Shown piece after piece: positions 14,635-22,230 of a stretch of 22,230 nt of DNA (position 1 is the first letter of the stretch; every line of letters starts with the position of its first letter). The notes below the pieces were generated by a model. It worked only from the letters and a program-made list of their open reading frames with translations. It did not search any database and was not told the DNA's origin. The translations under genes were made by a program, and so were the position numbers. This DNA comes from Firmicutes bacterium CAG:555 (GTDB lineage: Bacteria; Bacillota; Clostridia; Oscillospirales; Oscillospiraceae): the NCBI GenBank assembly GCA_000431075.1, contig HF986904.1, positions 28,320 through 50,549 on the forward strand, in the 5' to 3' direction.

Positions 14635-17175
14635 ATGGCACAGACCAAAAATAAGAAAACCACGACTAAAAACACGGCACGGAGCGGACAAACCAAGTCC
14701 AAGCAGCAGTCCAAGACTGCCGCCAAGACCCAGCCCCAGCCCATCCGCCGTGAGGTGGCGGCCATTGTCTCTGCGTTTGCGGCGCTACTCACGGGTATCT
14801 CGGTGTTCTCCAGCGACGGCATAATCGTCGGTGCGATAAGCTCACTGCTAAAGGGACTGTTCGGCTACGGCTTTTGGCTGTGTGCGCCTGCTCTTGTGCT
14901 TGTTGCGGTGATCCAGGGTTTCCACCACGGAAGACCCGTTGCGTTCAAGACTACCTCGGCACTACTCATGCCGCTGCTTCTCGGCGCGCTTCTCGATTTG
15001 ATGTTTTCGACCGTCATCGTTGAAAACCTAAAGGGCGTGGGCGCGGTACTCGGCGGGCTTTATGCCGGCGGAAAGGCAATGACCTGCGGCGGCGTTTTCG
15101 GTGGTCTGCTGGCATTTGCCTTCCAGAAGGCGTTCAGCTTCTACGGCGCTGCGATAATTCTCGTGGTCTCGTTCGTGTTCTTTGCGCTCAACGCCTTCGG
15201 CATCACGATAGGCAAGATCGTCGAGTGGGCAAGAAACAGGGAGCATCCCGAGTACGAGCCGGAGCCGGAGCCCGAAAAGCCTGCAAAAAAGCAGCCTGTT
15301 CAGGATGAGGAGGAACTGCGCCGCATCAAAAATGCAAAGCGTAGAGCGATAGATATTCCGCTTGATGACGAGCCGACCTTCGAAAAGAAGCCCGAGGAGG
15401 CAAAGACCGAAAAATCGGGCAAAAAGAATAAAAAAGCCGAGGTCAAAATCGACCACACCGCCGATGTCGAGCCTATAAGCATCGAGGAGGCAGAAGCGCT
15501 CACCGGCGTTAAGCTCAGCGGCAGCGGCGCTACCGAAGCTGCCGAGATCATGGATCCGCCGAAGAAAATGTCTGCTGCCGAGGTTGCGGCGGAGACCGCT
15601 GCGGTTGCAAGCGAGATCGAATCCAAGGACGATGACGGCTCTTACGAAAAGCCGCCTATATATCTTCTCAAAAAGGGTCACTCCGTCGCCGCAAATGTCG
15701 ACGAGGAGCTTGACATGAACCGCACGAGGCTTGAAAATGCACTGCGCAGCTTCGGCGTTAACGCCTCCGTCACCGAGACCACTCACGGCCCCACGGTCAC
15801 GAGGTACGATTTTGAACTTGAGCAGGGCGTAAAGCTGAGCAGGATAACCAATCTTGCCGACGATATCGCCCTTGCCCTCGGCGTTGTGAGCGTGCGCATT
15901 GCGCCCATTCCCGATAAAATTTCCACCGTCGGCATCGAGGTGCCAAATAAGATAATCAGCACCGTTTACCTGCGTGATATCATCGATTCACCGAAGTTCC
16001 TCACCTCCAAGGCCGACCTCACCTTTGCCATCGGCAAGGATATCGGCGGCAATGCCGTTGTTGGCAATATCTCGAAGCTTCCGCATTTGCTCATCGCCGG
16101 TACGACAGGCTCAGGCAAGTCGGTGTGCATGAACTCGCTTATCATAAGCCTGCTTTATAAGTCCAACCCCGAGGATGTCAAGCTCATCATGATAGACCCC
16201 AAGATGGTCGAGCTCGGCGTTTATAACGGCATCCCGCATCTGTACATCCCCGTTGTCACCGATCCGAAGAAGGCCGCCGGAGCGCTCCAGTGGGCGGTCA
16301 CCGAGATGCTCAAGCGCTACAGGCTCTTCTCCGAGCTTGGCGTGCGCAGCCTTTCGGCATATAACGACCACCTTGTCGAAAACGGCCAGCCCAAGATGCC
16401 GAATGTAGTTGTCGTCATCGACGAGCTTGCAGACCTTATGCTCGTTGCCTCCAAGGAGGTCGAGGAGAGCATCTGCCGTGTTGCTCAGATGGGACGAGCA
16501 GCCGGTATGCACCTTGTCATTGCGACCCAGCGTCCCTCCGCCGATGTCATCACCGGCCTTATGAAAGCAAACATCCCCAGCCGCATTGCCTTTGCAGTGT
16601 CATCGGCACTTGAAAGCCGCATCATTCTTGACAATAACGGCGCAGAAAAGCTCATCGGCATGGGCGATATGCTGTATGCTCCGCTCGGCTGCGGCAAGCC
16701 TCTGCGTGTTCAGGGCGCATTCGTAAGCGACGAGGAGCGTGACGCTATAGTCAGCTTCATAAAAGAACAGTCCACCGCAAATTACAGTGAGGATATCATA
16801 GCTCAGATCGAAAAAGCCGCCGAGGACAAGAGCTCCGGCAGTAAAGGCGGCGAGCTTGTACCCGTATCGGAAAACAAGCCCGATTATGATGAGCTTCTGC
16901 CGCAGGCCGTCGATGTCATTTTCGACACCAAGCAGGCCTCCGTCTCCATGCTCCAGCGCCGACTCAAGTTAGGTTACTCAAGAGCTGCACGCATCATCGA
17001 CCAGATGGAGGAGATGGGCATCATAGGCCCGTTTGAGGGCTCAAAGCCCCGCCAGATCATCATAACCCGTGAGCAGTGGCTCGAAATGCAGACCACGCAG
17101 GGCACCGCCCCGACCGAGATCTTGCAGACCCAGCTCGAGTTTGCAGATGAGATGGATTCGGACGAAAACGAATAA
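14635..17175 (+). CDS. ftsK: DNA translocase FtsK/SpoIIIE, 846 aa.
   Basis: N-terminal TM segments. A charged Pro/Glu/Lys-rich linker. Motor domain with Walker A GTTGSGKS and Walker B VVVIDELADLM. C-terminal gamma winged-helix (SVSMLQRRLKLGYSRAARIIDQMEEMGIIGP). Confidence 0.9.
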   Translation: MAQTKNKKTTTKNTARSGQTKSKQQSKTAAKTQPQPIRREVAAIVSAFAALLTGISVFSSDGIIVGAISSLLKGLFGYGFWLCAPALVLVAVIQGFHHGRPVAFKTTSALLMPLLLGALLDLMFSTVIVENLKGVGAVLGGLYAGGKAMTCGGVFGGLLAFAFQKAFSFYGAAIILVVSFVFFALNAFGITIGKIVEWARNREHPEYEPEPEPEKPAKKQPVQDEEELRRIKNAKRRAIDIPLDDEPTFEKKPEEAKTEKSGKKNKKAEVKIDHTADVEPISIEEAEALTGVKLSGSGATEAAEIMDPPKKMSAAEVAAETAAVASEIESKDDDGSYEKPPIYLLKKGHSVAANVDEELDMNRTRLENALRSFGVNASVTETTHGPTVTRYDFELEQGVKLSRITNLADDIALALGVVSVRIAPIPDKISTVGIEVPNKIISTVYLRDIIDSPKFLTSKADLTFAIGKDIGGNAVVGNISKLPHLLIAGTTGSGKSVCMNSLIISLLYKSNPEDVKLIMIDPKMVELGVYNGIPHLYIPVVTDPKKAAGALQWAVTEMLKRYRLFSELGVRSLSAYNDHLVENGQPKMPNVVVVIDELADLMLVASKEVEESICRVAQMGRAAGMHLVIATQRPSADVITGLMKANIPSRIAFAVSSALESRIILDNNGAEKLIGMGDMLYAPLGCGKPLRVQGAFVSDEERDAIVSFIKEQSTANYSEDIIAQIEKAAEDKSSGSKGGELVPVSENKPDYDELLPQAVDVIFDTKQASVSMLQRRLKLGYSRAARIIDQMEEMGIIGPFEGSKPRQIIITREQWLEMQTTQGTAPTEILQTQLEFADEMDSDENE

Positions 17176-17179
17176 AATA

Positions 17180-17206
17180 GAAGGGCGGATAAAACCGCCC
17201 TTTTTC
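17180..17206 (+). terminator. Intrinsic terminator after ftsK.
   Basis: GAAGGGCGG-ataaaa-CCGCCCTT followed by TTTTCG. Confidence 0.6.
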
Positions 17207-17219
17207 GATAGGTGACTAT

Positions 17220-17633
17220 ATGAACGATTACTTTTGCCCCAAAATGGAGCTTCGTGACATCAACAATATAAGCATGCTCGGCCTTGCGCACATCGGCGAC
17301 GGTGTGTATGAGCTTCTGACCCGCACCATGCTTTGCTCGGACGGCAACAAAAGGGTGACGGAGCTGCACAAAAAGTGCGTCGCTATCGTCAACGCTCCGG
17401 CGCAGGCTGCCGCTATGGAGCGGCTCATGCCGCACCTTACCGCCGACGAGCTTGCGCTATATAAGCGTGGCCGCAACGCCAAGGTCAACTCCGTGCCGCA
17501 CAAAGCAGATATCGGCCAGTATCATGCTGCAACAGGCTTAGAGGCACTGTTCGGCTGGCTGTACCTGCAAGGCATGACTGAGCGGATAAACGAGCTGTAC
17601 GCAATTTGCGTGGAGGACAGCCATGGCGCTTGA
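17220..17633 (+). CDS. mrnC: Mini-ribonuclease III (23S rRNA maturation).
   Basis: RBS AGGTGA. LGLAHIGDGVYELLTR has an RNase III signature motif. The 137-aa size fits Mini-III/YazC. Confidence 0.8.
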   Translation: MNDYFCPKMELRDINNISMLGLAHIGDGVYELLTRTMLCSDGNKRVTELHKKCVAIVNAPAQAAAMERLMPHLTADELALYKRGRNAKVNSVPHKADIGQYHAATGLEALFGWLYLQGMTERINELYAICVEDSHGA

Positions 17634-19344
17634 TACCGTGATGATCTCGGCGCTCGTGTCGGAGCTTCGGCCCAAATTAGAGGGCGCACGCATTGACAAA
17701 GTACAGCAGCCCGAGCGTGAGCAAATTCTGCTTTCCGTGCGCAACAACGGCGAAAACCTGCGGCTGCTCATCAATGCCGGTGCGGGCAGCGGCAGGATAG
17801 CGCTCACTCGGCAAAGCTTTGAAAATCCGGCAGAGCCGCCGATGTTCTGCATGCTCCTGCGCAAATATCTTGTCGGGGCGAGGATCGAAAAGCTCACGCA
17901 GCCAAACTGGGAGCGCTTGCTTTTGGTTGACATAATGTCTCACAACGAACTCGGCGACAGTGTTAATTTGAAGCTTGCCGTTGAGCTTATGGGACGCAGC
18001 TCGAACCTTGTGCTCGTCGGCGCTGACGGCAGAATAATCGACTGCCTGCGCCGAATGGAATACGGCGGTGATGCCGAACGGCGCATGCTACCGGGCATGA
18101 TATACAGATTACCGCCCGAGCAGCGCAAGCCGCTTGTGTTTAACTGCGACAGGGCGCAGATAGAGACTGTTTTGAACGCCTCAGATGCCTCAAAGCCGCT
18201 TGATAAGCGCCTGCTTGACGGCTTTTCCGGCCTTTCGCCGCTCGTGTGCCGTGAGCTTGCGCATAGAGCATTTAACGACATCGGCTGCCTTCCGGATGCC
18301 GTGGAGGCGTTTCTTGAAAGCGTCAGGGCAGGGGAGTTCATCCCGACGCTGCTGTTAAAAGACGGCAAGCCCGCCGAATTTTCCTTCATGCCGCTCAAGC
18401 AGTACGGCGCAGAGTATGAGCAGCAGACGCTCGATAGCTTCTGCGAGCTTTTGGACGCTTACTACTCAAAGCGTGAGCTTCTGGAGCGCCGCCGCCGCAG
18501 AGCACGGGAGCTTTCCCACTCGGTCAAAACCGCCAGAGACCGCATACAGCGCAAGCTTGTTAGCCAGCGCGAGGAGCTTGAGCGCACCTACGGCAGAGAT
18601 GAGATACGCAAAAACGCAGAGCTCCTGACCGCAAATCTATACCGCATCAAGCGCGGCGACAGCTCCGTGACAGTCGAGGACTATTATACCGACGGCTGCC
18701 CGGCGGTCGTAATTAAGCTCGACCCGCTCAAAACGCCGCAGCAGAACTCGGCTGCAATGTTCAAGGAGTATACCAAGCTCAAGACCGCCGAGGCACACCT
18801 CACGGCGCTTGTTGCCGAGGGCGAAAAGCAGCTTGATTATCTGAACAGCGTATTAGATGAGTTAGATCGAGCCGAGACCGAGCGTGACCTTGCCGATATC
18901 CGCCGTGAGCTTTTCGACACCGGCTACCTAAAAAAGCAAAAGGGCGCAAAGCCCGATAAATCCAAGAAACAGGGACCGCTGCGCTTTGTCTCGTCCGACG
19001 GCTTTGAAATTTTTGTCGGCCGCAGCAATAGCCAAAATGATGAGCTCACAACGAAGCTTGCCCGCCGCACCGACATCTGGCTGCACACCAAGCAGGTTCA
19101 CGGCAGTCATGTCATCATATCCTGCGATGGTTTGCAGCCGCCCGAGCGGACGATCGCCGAGGCAGCGTCCATCGCTGCCTACTATTCGCAGGGCAGGGAA
19201 GGCGGCAAGACCGCCGTTGACTACACCATGGTGCGCTTTGTGCGCAAGCCGTCCGGCTCAATGCCCGGCAAGGTCGTGTACACCGACTACAGCACCGTAA
19301 TGGCGCAGGCCGATGAAGCCCTGTGCGAAAAACTCAAAAAATAA
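17623..19344 (+). CDS. rqcH: Rqc2-homologue RqcH (NFACT/FbpA family; ribosome-associated quality control), 573 aa.
   Basis: N-terminal NFACT-N. A coiled-coil middle region. The C-terminal NFACT-R/DUF814-like ...DIWLHTKQVHGSHVII... is typical of YloA/FbpA proteins. It overlaps mrnC by 11 nt. Confidence 0.8.
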   Translation: MALDTVMISALVSELRPKLEGARIDKVQQPEREQILLSVRNNGENLRLLINAGAGSGRIALTRQSFENPAEPPMFCMLLRKYLVGARIEKLTQPNWERLLLVDIMSHNELGDSVNLKLAVELMGRSSNLVLVGADGRIIDCLRRMEYGGDAERRMLPGMIYRLPPEQRKPLVFNCDRAQIETVLNASDASKPLDKRLLDGFSGLSPLVCRELAHRAFNDIGCLPDAVEAFLESVRAGEFIPTLLLKDGKPAEFSFMPLKQYGAEYEQQTLDSFCELLDAYYSKRELLERRRRRARELSHSVKTARDRIQRKLVSQREELERTYGRDEIRKNAELLTANLYRIKRGDSSVTVEDYYTDGCPAVVIKLDPLKTPQQNSAAMFKEYTKLKTAEAHLTALVAEGEKQLDYLNSVLDELDRAETERDLADIRRELFDTGYLKKQKGAKPDKSKKQGPLRFVSSDGFEIFVGRSNSQNDELTTKLARRTDIWLHTKQVHGSHVIISCDGLQPPERTIAEAASIAAYYSQGREGGKTAVDYTMVRFVRKPSGSMPGKVVYTDYSTVMAQADEALCEKLKK

Positions 19345-19370
19345 ACGGAGTGCAATCGCACTCCGTTTTG
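19345..19370. terminator. Bidirectional intrinsic terminator between the convergent rqcH and SLH genes.
   Basis: ACGGAGTGC-aatc-GCACTCCGT followed by TTTTG. An A run lies on the 5' side. Confidence 0.6.
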
Positions 19371-20285
19371 TCATCTTGCCTCGATAAGATCCATTGCTGC
19401 GGCGAGCATATCCGCAGCCTCGGCACGGGTGAGGGCATCCTCCGTTGCCTCGTCGGCGCTTGCAATGCCGCAGGCAGTTAGATTAGCCGCCGACTGCGCC
19501 GCCCAAGTGGGAACGGTGTCGCCGACCTTGAGGTAGCTCACATCCGAGAGCCTGAGCGTGCGGTCGAGTATGACCATCGCCTCGGCACGGCTTATCTCTT
19601 TGTCTGCACCGAAGCAGTTGCCCTTGTCGGTGAGCTCACCCTTTACGATGCCCTGCATGACTGCGGTCGAGACATAAGACTTCAGCCACGATGGGATATC
19701 GCCGTCATCGGAAAAGCCGGTGCTCACAACGCCCGAGAGCAGATCCGTACCAGTTGCCTCAAGGCAAAGGCTCAGAAATTCGCCTCTTGTGAGGCTGCGC
19801 TCGGGCTCAAAGTAATACTCGCCGCCAATGCATTTGCCTACAAATGCGCCGCACTCGGCAAGCTTCATCGCACTGCGGAAGCTGCCGCTGCCGACCATGT
19901 CGATGTAGCTGACATCGCTGTCGCACTTAACGAGCTTGATGATGACCGTCGCCTCCTGCGAGCGGTTGCCCTCGGCGTCAATGACCTTGTAGCCGAAGTA
20001 GTCCTTGCCGCGCTTGCCGTCGGCGGGGGTGTAGACGAAGCTTCCGTCGTCGTCAAGGTCGATGCTGCCCTTGACGGGCTTTGTGGTTATCTCGTAGCTG
20101 AGGGTGTCGCCGTCGGGGTCAACGGCGGCTAACTGACCGCCGAAGGACACGCCCCTGTAGGTCTCGAACTCGAAGTTTTCGGCAATCGGAGCGGTGTTCT
20201 CGGCACTGACGGGAGCAATTAGCCCGCCGCATAGCATGCTGCACAGTGCAAGTGCCACAGCGGAAACAAGAATATTCTTTTTCAC
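19371..20285 (-). CDS. Secreted S-layer-homology (SLH) domain protein with an N-terminal Ig/cadherin-like domain, about 305 aa.
   Basis: Start chosen at the GTG at 20285 (VKKNILVSAVALALCSMLCGGLIAPVSA|ENT), 9 nt after GGAGG. The track's TTG at 20363 lacks an RBS. It has a DPDGDTLSY Ig-like/cadherin-like motif. The C-terminus carries SLH-like repeats (...RGEFLSL..., ...SRAEAMVILDRTL..., ...LTRAEAADMLAAAM...). Confidence 0.65.
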   Translation of the reverse strand: MKKNILVSAVALALCSMLCGGLIAPVSAENTAPIAENFEFETYRGVSFGGQLAAVDPDGDTLSYEITTKPVKGSIDLDDDGSFVYTPADGKRGKDYFGYKVIDAEGNRSQEATVIIKLVKCDSDVSYIDMVGSGSFRSAMKLAECGAFVGKCIGGEYYFEPERSLTRGEFLSLCLEATGTDLLSGVVSTGFSDDGDIPSWLKSYVSTAVMQGIVKGELTDKGNCFGADKEISRAEAMVILDRTLRLSDVSYLKVGDTVPTWAAQSAANLTACGIASADEATEDALTRAEAADMLAAAMDLIEAR

Positions 20286-20289
20286 AGCA

Positions 20290-20325
20290 AAAATACCTCC
20301 GTAAAAATGTTTACGGAGGTATTTT
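20290..20325 (-). promoter_or_regulatory. Perfect 16-bp inverted repeat forming a hairpin in the minus-strand RNA. It pairs the SLH-gene Shine-Dalgarno (GGAGG) with an upstream CCUCC. It probably acts both as the terminator of the upstream gene and as an SD-sequestering element.
   Basis: Minus-strand RNA reads AAAAUACCUCCGUAAA-cauu-UUUACGGAGGUAUUUU-UGCU-GUG. A U run follows the hairpin. It sits 60 nt downstream of the upstream stop. Confidence 0.5.
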
Positions 20326-20394
20326 GTGCGCCTGCAGGTTTTAATATTCAAGCGCCCTTTCAAAATGCAAGACCTTGAATTATTTAATTAGGAT

Positions 20395-21237
20395 CTATGA
20401 TTCTTCAATGTCCTTTATTGATTTGTGCTCGGCGTTTCGCCACTCCGTCCTACCATTTGCGCTGCGTCCCTGAACGACCGAGGCAGCAAGTGACGGGCTT
20501 GAAAAAATGTGATCTCGTGTAAACATCATGTTCTCGTCTACTATGCCTTTTTTCAACAAGGAGCTGCGGAGCTTTTTTAGGCTTTCCGACATGCTCGGAA
20601 CGGTTGAGGAAGCGATTAAAGAACCTTTCATTACGGCGAAGCCATCGGCTACTATCAGACCTTTTGCATCTGCGCCCCTAGCGGTCTTGGTATAAAAATA
20701 GGGCTCTGCTTGATCTAACGCAGCGATGGACTCACCTATGGTATCAAACACCTTGTAACCAAGCGTGTTTACGAGCAACTTTGCATTGCTGATAAATTCT
20801 TCGAGCATAGCTTCGTCATACTCGGATATGGACGAGCAAGTCGGAACGGTGCTGTTTGTAATACCGGCTCTGCCCGAACCTTGAGCCAGCAAGTAGAATT
20901 TGTTCTCGAGATACTTGACATGCGCCTTGTTAAGCAAGTTGTCCTTACTGATAACAGCAATACAATCGCTCCAATACTCGGTATCTCTCAGATGCTGCTT
21001 TAGTCTTGAATACATTCGTTCGGCTTCGCCGATATACACTGTGTCGGTGTTGTCATCGTTTTTTCCGAACAAGAAATAAACTCCGGTATTTTCGGCATCA
21101 TCTCTTTGAGAAAATTCGGAAAGCTCGTTTCTTGAAATCTTATATACACGGCCATTCCAGTTAGACAGCTCGCACATGATCCGCCCGTTCGGGTTGCCGT
21201 CGAAAATATACATCTGTATCGTTTTACTAAAAGACAT
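20395..21237 (-). CDS. GIY-YIG nuclease-family protein with a C-terminal DUF4357-like domain, about 280 aa. Low GC.
   Basis: Start chosen at the ATG at 21237 (MSFSKTIQMYIF...), with RBS AGGTGATGA. GIY-YIG motifs GVYFLFG...VYIGEAERMYSRLKQH. The C-terminal region FAVMKGS...FSSPSLAASVVQGRSANGRTEW resembles DUF4357. GC is about 42%, against about 58% in neighbouring genes. Confidence 0.65.
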   Translation of the reverse strand: MSFSKTIQMYIFDGNPNGRIMCELSNWNGRVYKISRNELSEFSQRDDAENTGVYFLFGKNDDNTDTVYIGEAERMYSRLKQHLRDTEYWSDCIAVISKDNLLNKAHVKYLENKFYLLAQGSGRAGITNSTVPTCSSISEYDEAMLEEFISNAKLLVNTLGYKVFDTIGESIAALDQAEPYFYTKTARGADAKGLIVADGFAVMKGSLIASSTVPSMSESLKKLRSSLLKKGIVDENMMFTRDHIFSSPSLAASVVQGRSANGRTEWRNAEHKSIKDIEES

Positions 21238-21325
21238 ATTATCATCACCTAACAGACTGATTTTGACTATCTGTGACAAGTATAGCACAAAATGCATGGG
21301 CGTGCAATTGATGAACCAATATAGC

Positions 21326-21353
21326 ATATAAAAAACGCCCCGAGCGGGGCGTT
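21326..21353 (-). terminator. Intrinsic terminator for the XRE gene on the minus strand.
   Basis: Minus strand reads AACGCCCCGCTCGGGGCGTT followed by UUUUUAUAU. It overlaps the stop codon. Confidence 0.55.
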
Positions 21354-21862
21354 TAGTCTTTCTTGTTCGTCAGGGCGATACCGATGAGACTGCCGATGAG
21401 GACGATGGGGGCGAGGCGGACGAAGGTGAACTCAAATGCGTGGAACGCTGCGCCGAAAACGGCTGTCTCGGGGTCGGACCAGTCCCAGCCGAGATACGGG
21501 CTGCCGACACAAAGCAGCACCGCAAACCCGATGACCATCAGCGCCGCAAGCGTGACGAACACCCAGTGCAGCCCCCTGCGCTTTGAACACTTTTTCTGCG
21601 AAAGCTGTAGATTGATGACCTCTAACTTTTCGCTTATCGCCTTGAGGCTGTCTGCCTCCGTTACCTCCGGCGCTTCGCCGAGCAGGGTGCTCACGGGAGC
21701 TTCAAAGGCCTCCGACAGCTTGATCAGCAGATCCGCATCCGGCACGGACAAGCCCTGCTCCCATTTTGACACGGTCTGGCGCACGACATTGAGCTTGACT
21801 GCAAGCTCCTCCTGCGAAAGCCCCTTTGCCTTGCGCAGCCTTTTGATGTTTTCACTTAGCAT
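21353..21862 (-). CDS. Membrane-anchored XRE-family HTH transcriptional regulator, about 169 aa.
   Basis: Start chosen at the ATG at 21862 (MLSENIKRLRKAKGLSQEELAVKLNVVRQTVSKWEQG, the XRE HTH), with a GGAAAGGAAG RBS. The C-terminal half has two hydrophobic helices (WVFVTLAALMVIGFAVLLCVG; LAPIVLIGSLIGIALT). Confidence 0.65.
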   Translation of the reverse strand: MLSENIKRLRKAKGLSQEELAVKLNVVRQTVSKWEQGLSVPDADLLIKLSEAFEAPVSTLLGEAPEVTEADSLKAISEKLEVINLQLSQKKCSKRRGLHWVFVTLAALMVIGFAVLLCVGSPYLGWDWSDPETAVFGAAFHAFEFTFVRLAPIVLIGSLIGIALTNKKD

Positions 21863-21879
21863 AGTATTCAACTTCCTTT

Positions 21880-21935
21880 CCCTGAAGCTGTCACTATTGT
21901 ACGCAAAGCCGACCGTTGCATCAAGCAACGCATCT
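21880..21935 (-). promoter_or_regulatory. Candidate promoter and operator for the XRE gene.
   Basis: On the minus strand: TTGATG, 17 nt, then TACAAT. The imperfect palindrome GTTGCttgatGCAAC overlaps the -35. Confidence 0.3.
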
Positions 21936-21945
21936 TAACATTGGT

Positions 21946-22230
21946 TTATGGAACGAAAAAGCCCTGCATGTCGGCTTGCTCAAGCTCTAAGAGCTTGAGC
22001 TTCTTATCAATTCCGCCGGCGTAGCCTGTCAGACTGCCGTTTTTGCCGATGACACGGTGACAGGGGATGATGACGGAAATCTTGTTATGCCCGACCGCAC
22101 CACCTACTGCCTGAGCGGACATGTGCGCAAGACCTTGCTTCTCGGCAAGCTGCCGGGTAAGCTCACCGTAGGTCACGGTCTGCCCGTAGGGTATCTGCAA
22201 AAGAAGCATCCATACTTTCTGCCGGAATGC
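21946..22230 (-). CDS. ogt: Methylated-DNA--protein-cysteine methyltransferase (Ogt/MGMT). The C-terminal domain is present and the N-terminus lies beyond the window end.
   Basis: Active-site PCHRVIG and IPYGQTVTYGEL. The reading frame stays open to the window edge (...FRQKVWMLLLQIPYG). Confidence 0.8.
   Translation of the reverse strand, partial: AFRQKVWMLLLQIPYGQTVTYGELTRQLAEKQGLAHMSAQAVGGAVGHNKISVIIPCHRVIGKNGSLTGYAGGIDKKLKLLELEQADMQGFFVP

Noticed and set aside
20286-20363. N-terminal extension of the SLH gene as given in the track (MKGRLNIKTCRRTKYLRKHFYGGIFA-).
   Set aside because: It begins at a TTG and would translate straight through the 16-bp hairpin. The GTG at 20285, with GGAGG 9 nt upstream, starts a canonical signal peptide.
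21863-21928. N-terminal extensions of the XRE gene (track start 21928) and the GIY-YIG gene (track start 21327).
   Set aside because: Neither extension has an RBS and neither is typical of its family. Internal ATGs with good RBSs begin the conserved HTH and GIY-YIG domains respectively.
1-22230. CRISPR arrays, rRNA genes, IS elements and transposase genes.
   Set aside because: No spaced direct-repeat arrays, no rRNA-like conserved stretches, and no terminal inverted repeats flanking transposase-like ORFs were seen anywhere in the window.

Overview
This window looks like a Firmicutes/Clostridia-type chromosomal segment of about 55-60% GC, with two lower-GC patches at 430-1760 and 20400-21330. 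It divides into five parts. (1) Positions 1-1840 appear to be the right end of an integrated element. It carries a partial PucR-family regulator, a low-GC AbiEi-like gene, a small RHH-like ORF and a hypothetical ORF. It ends at a 45-nt 3' fragment of a tRNA-Arg(CCG)-like gene, which I read as an att-site remnant. (2) Positions 2045-5591 hold a four-gene membrane module: a small 2-TM protein, an SPFH/band-7 protein with C-terminal zinc ribbons (COG4260, YdjI-like), a zinc-ribbon protein and a TPM-domain protein. It resembles the Bacillus ydjGHI stress module but has no pspA, has unusual poly-G tracts inside the zinc-ribbon gene, and has a possible frameshift or overlapping small ORF at its 3' end. 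(3) An EFR1-type ferredoxin is divergent from a tetR-MATE efflux-trmH-like methyltransferase operon. (4) A housekeeping block follows: prfA, a TsaC(YrdC/Sua5)-CoaE fusion, an M18 aminopeptidase, tepA-like, uppP, ftsK/spoIIIE, mrnC and rqcH. (5) A minus-strand block holds an SLH-domain surface protein whose RBS sits in a perfect 16-bp hairpin opposite a CCUCC anti-SD, a low-GC GIY-YIG/DUF4357 nuclease, a membrane-anchored XRE regulator and a partial ogt. No CRISPR array, rRNA or complete tRNA was seen. All functional calls rest on motifs recognised by eye and on textbook family knowledge. No database search was run.
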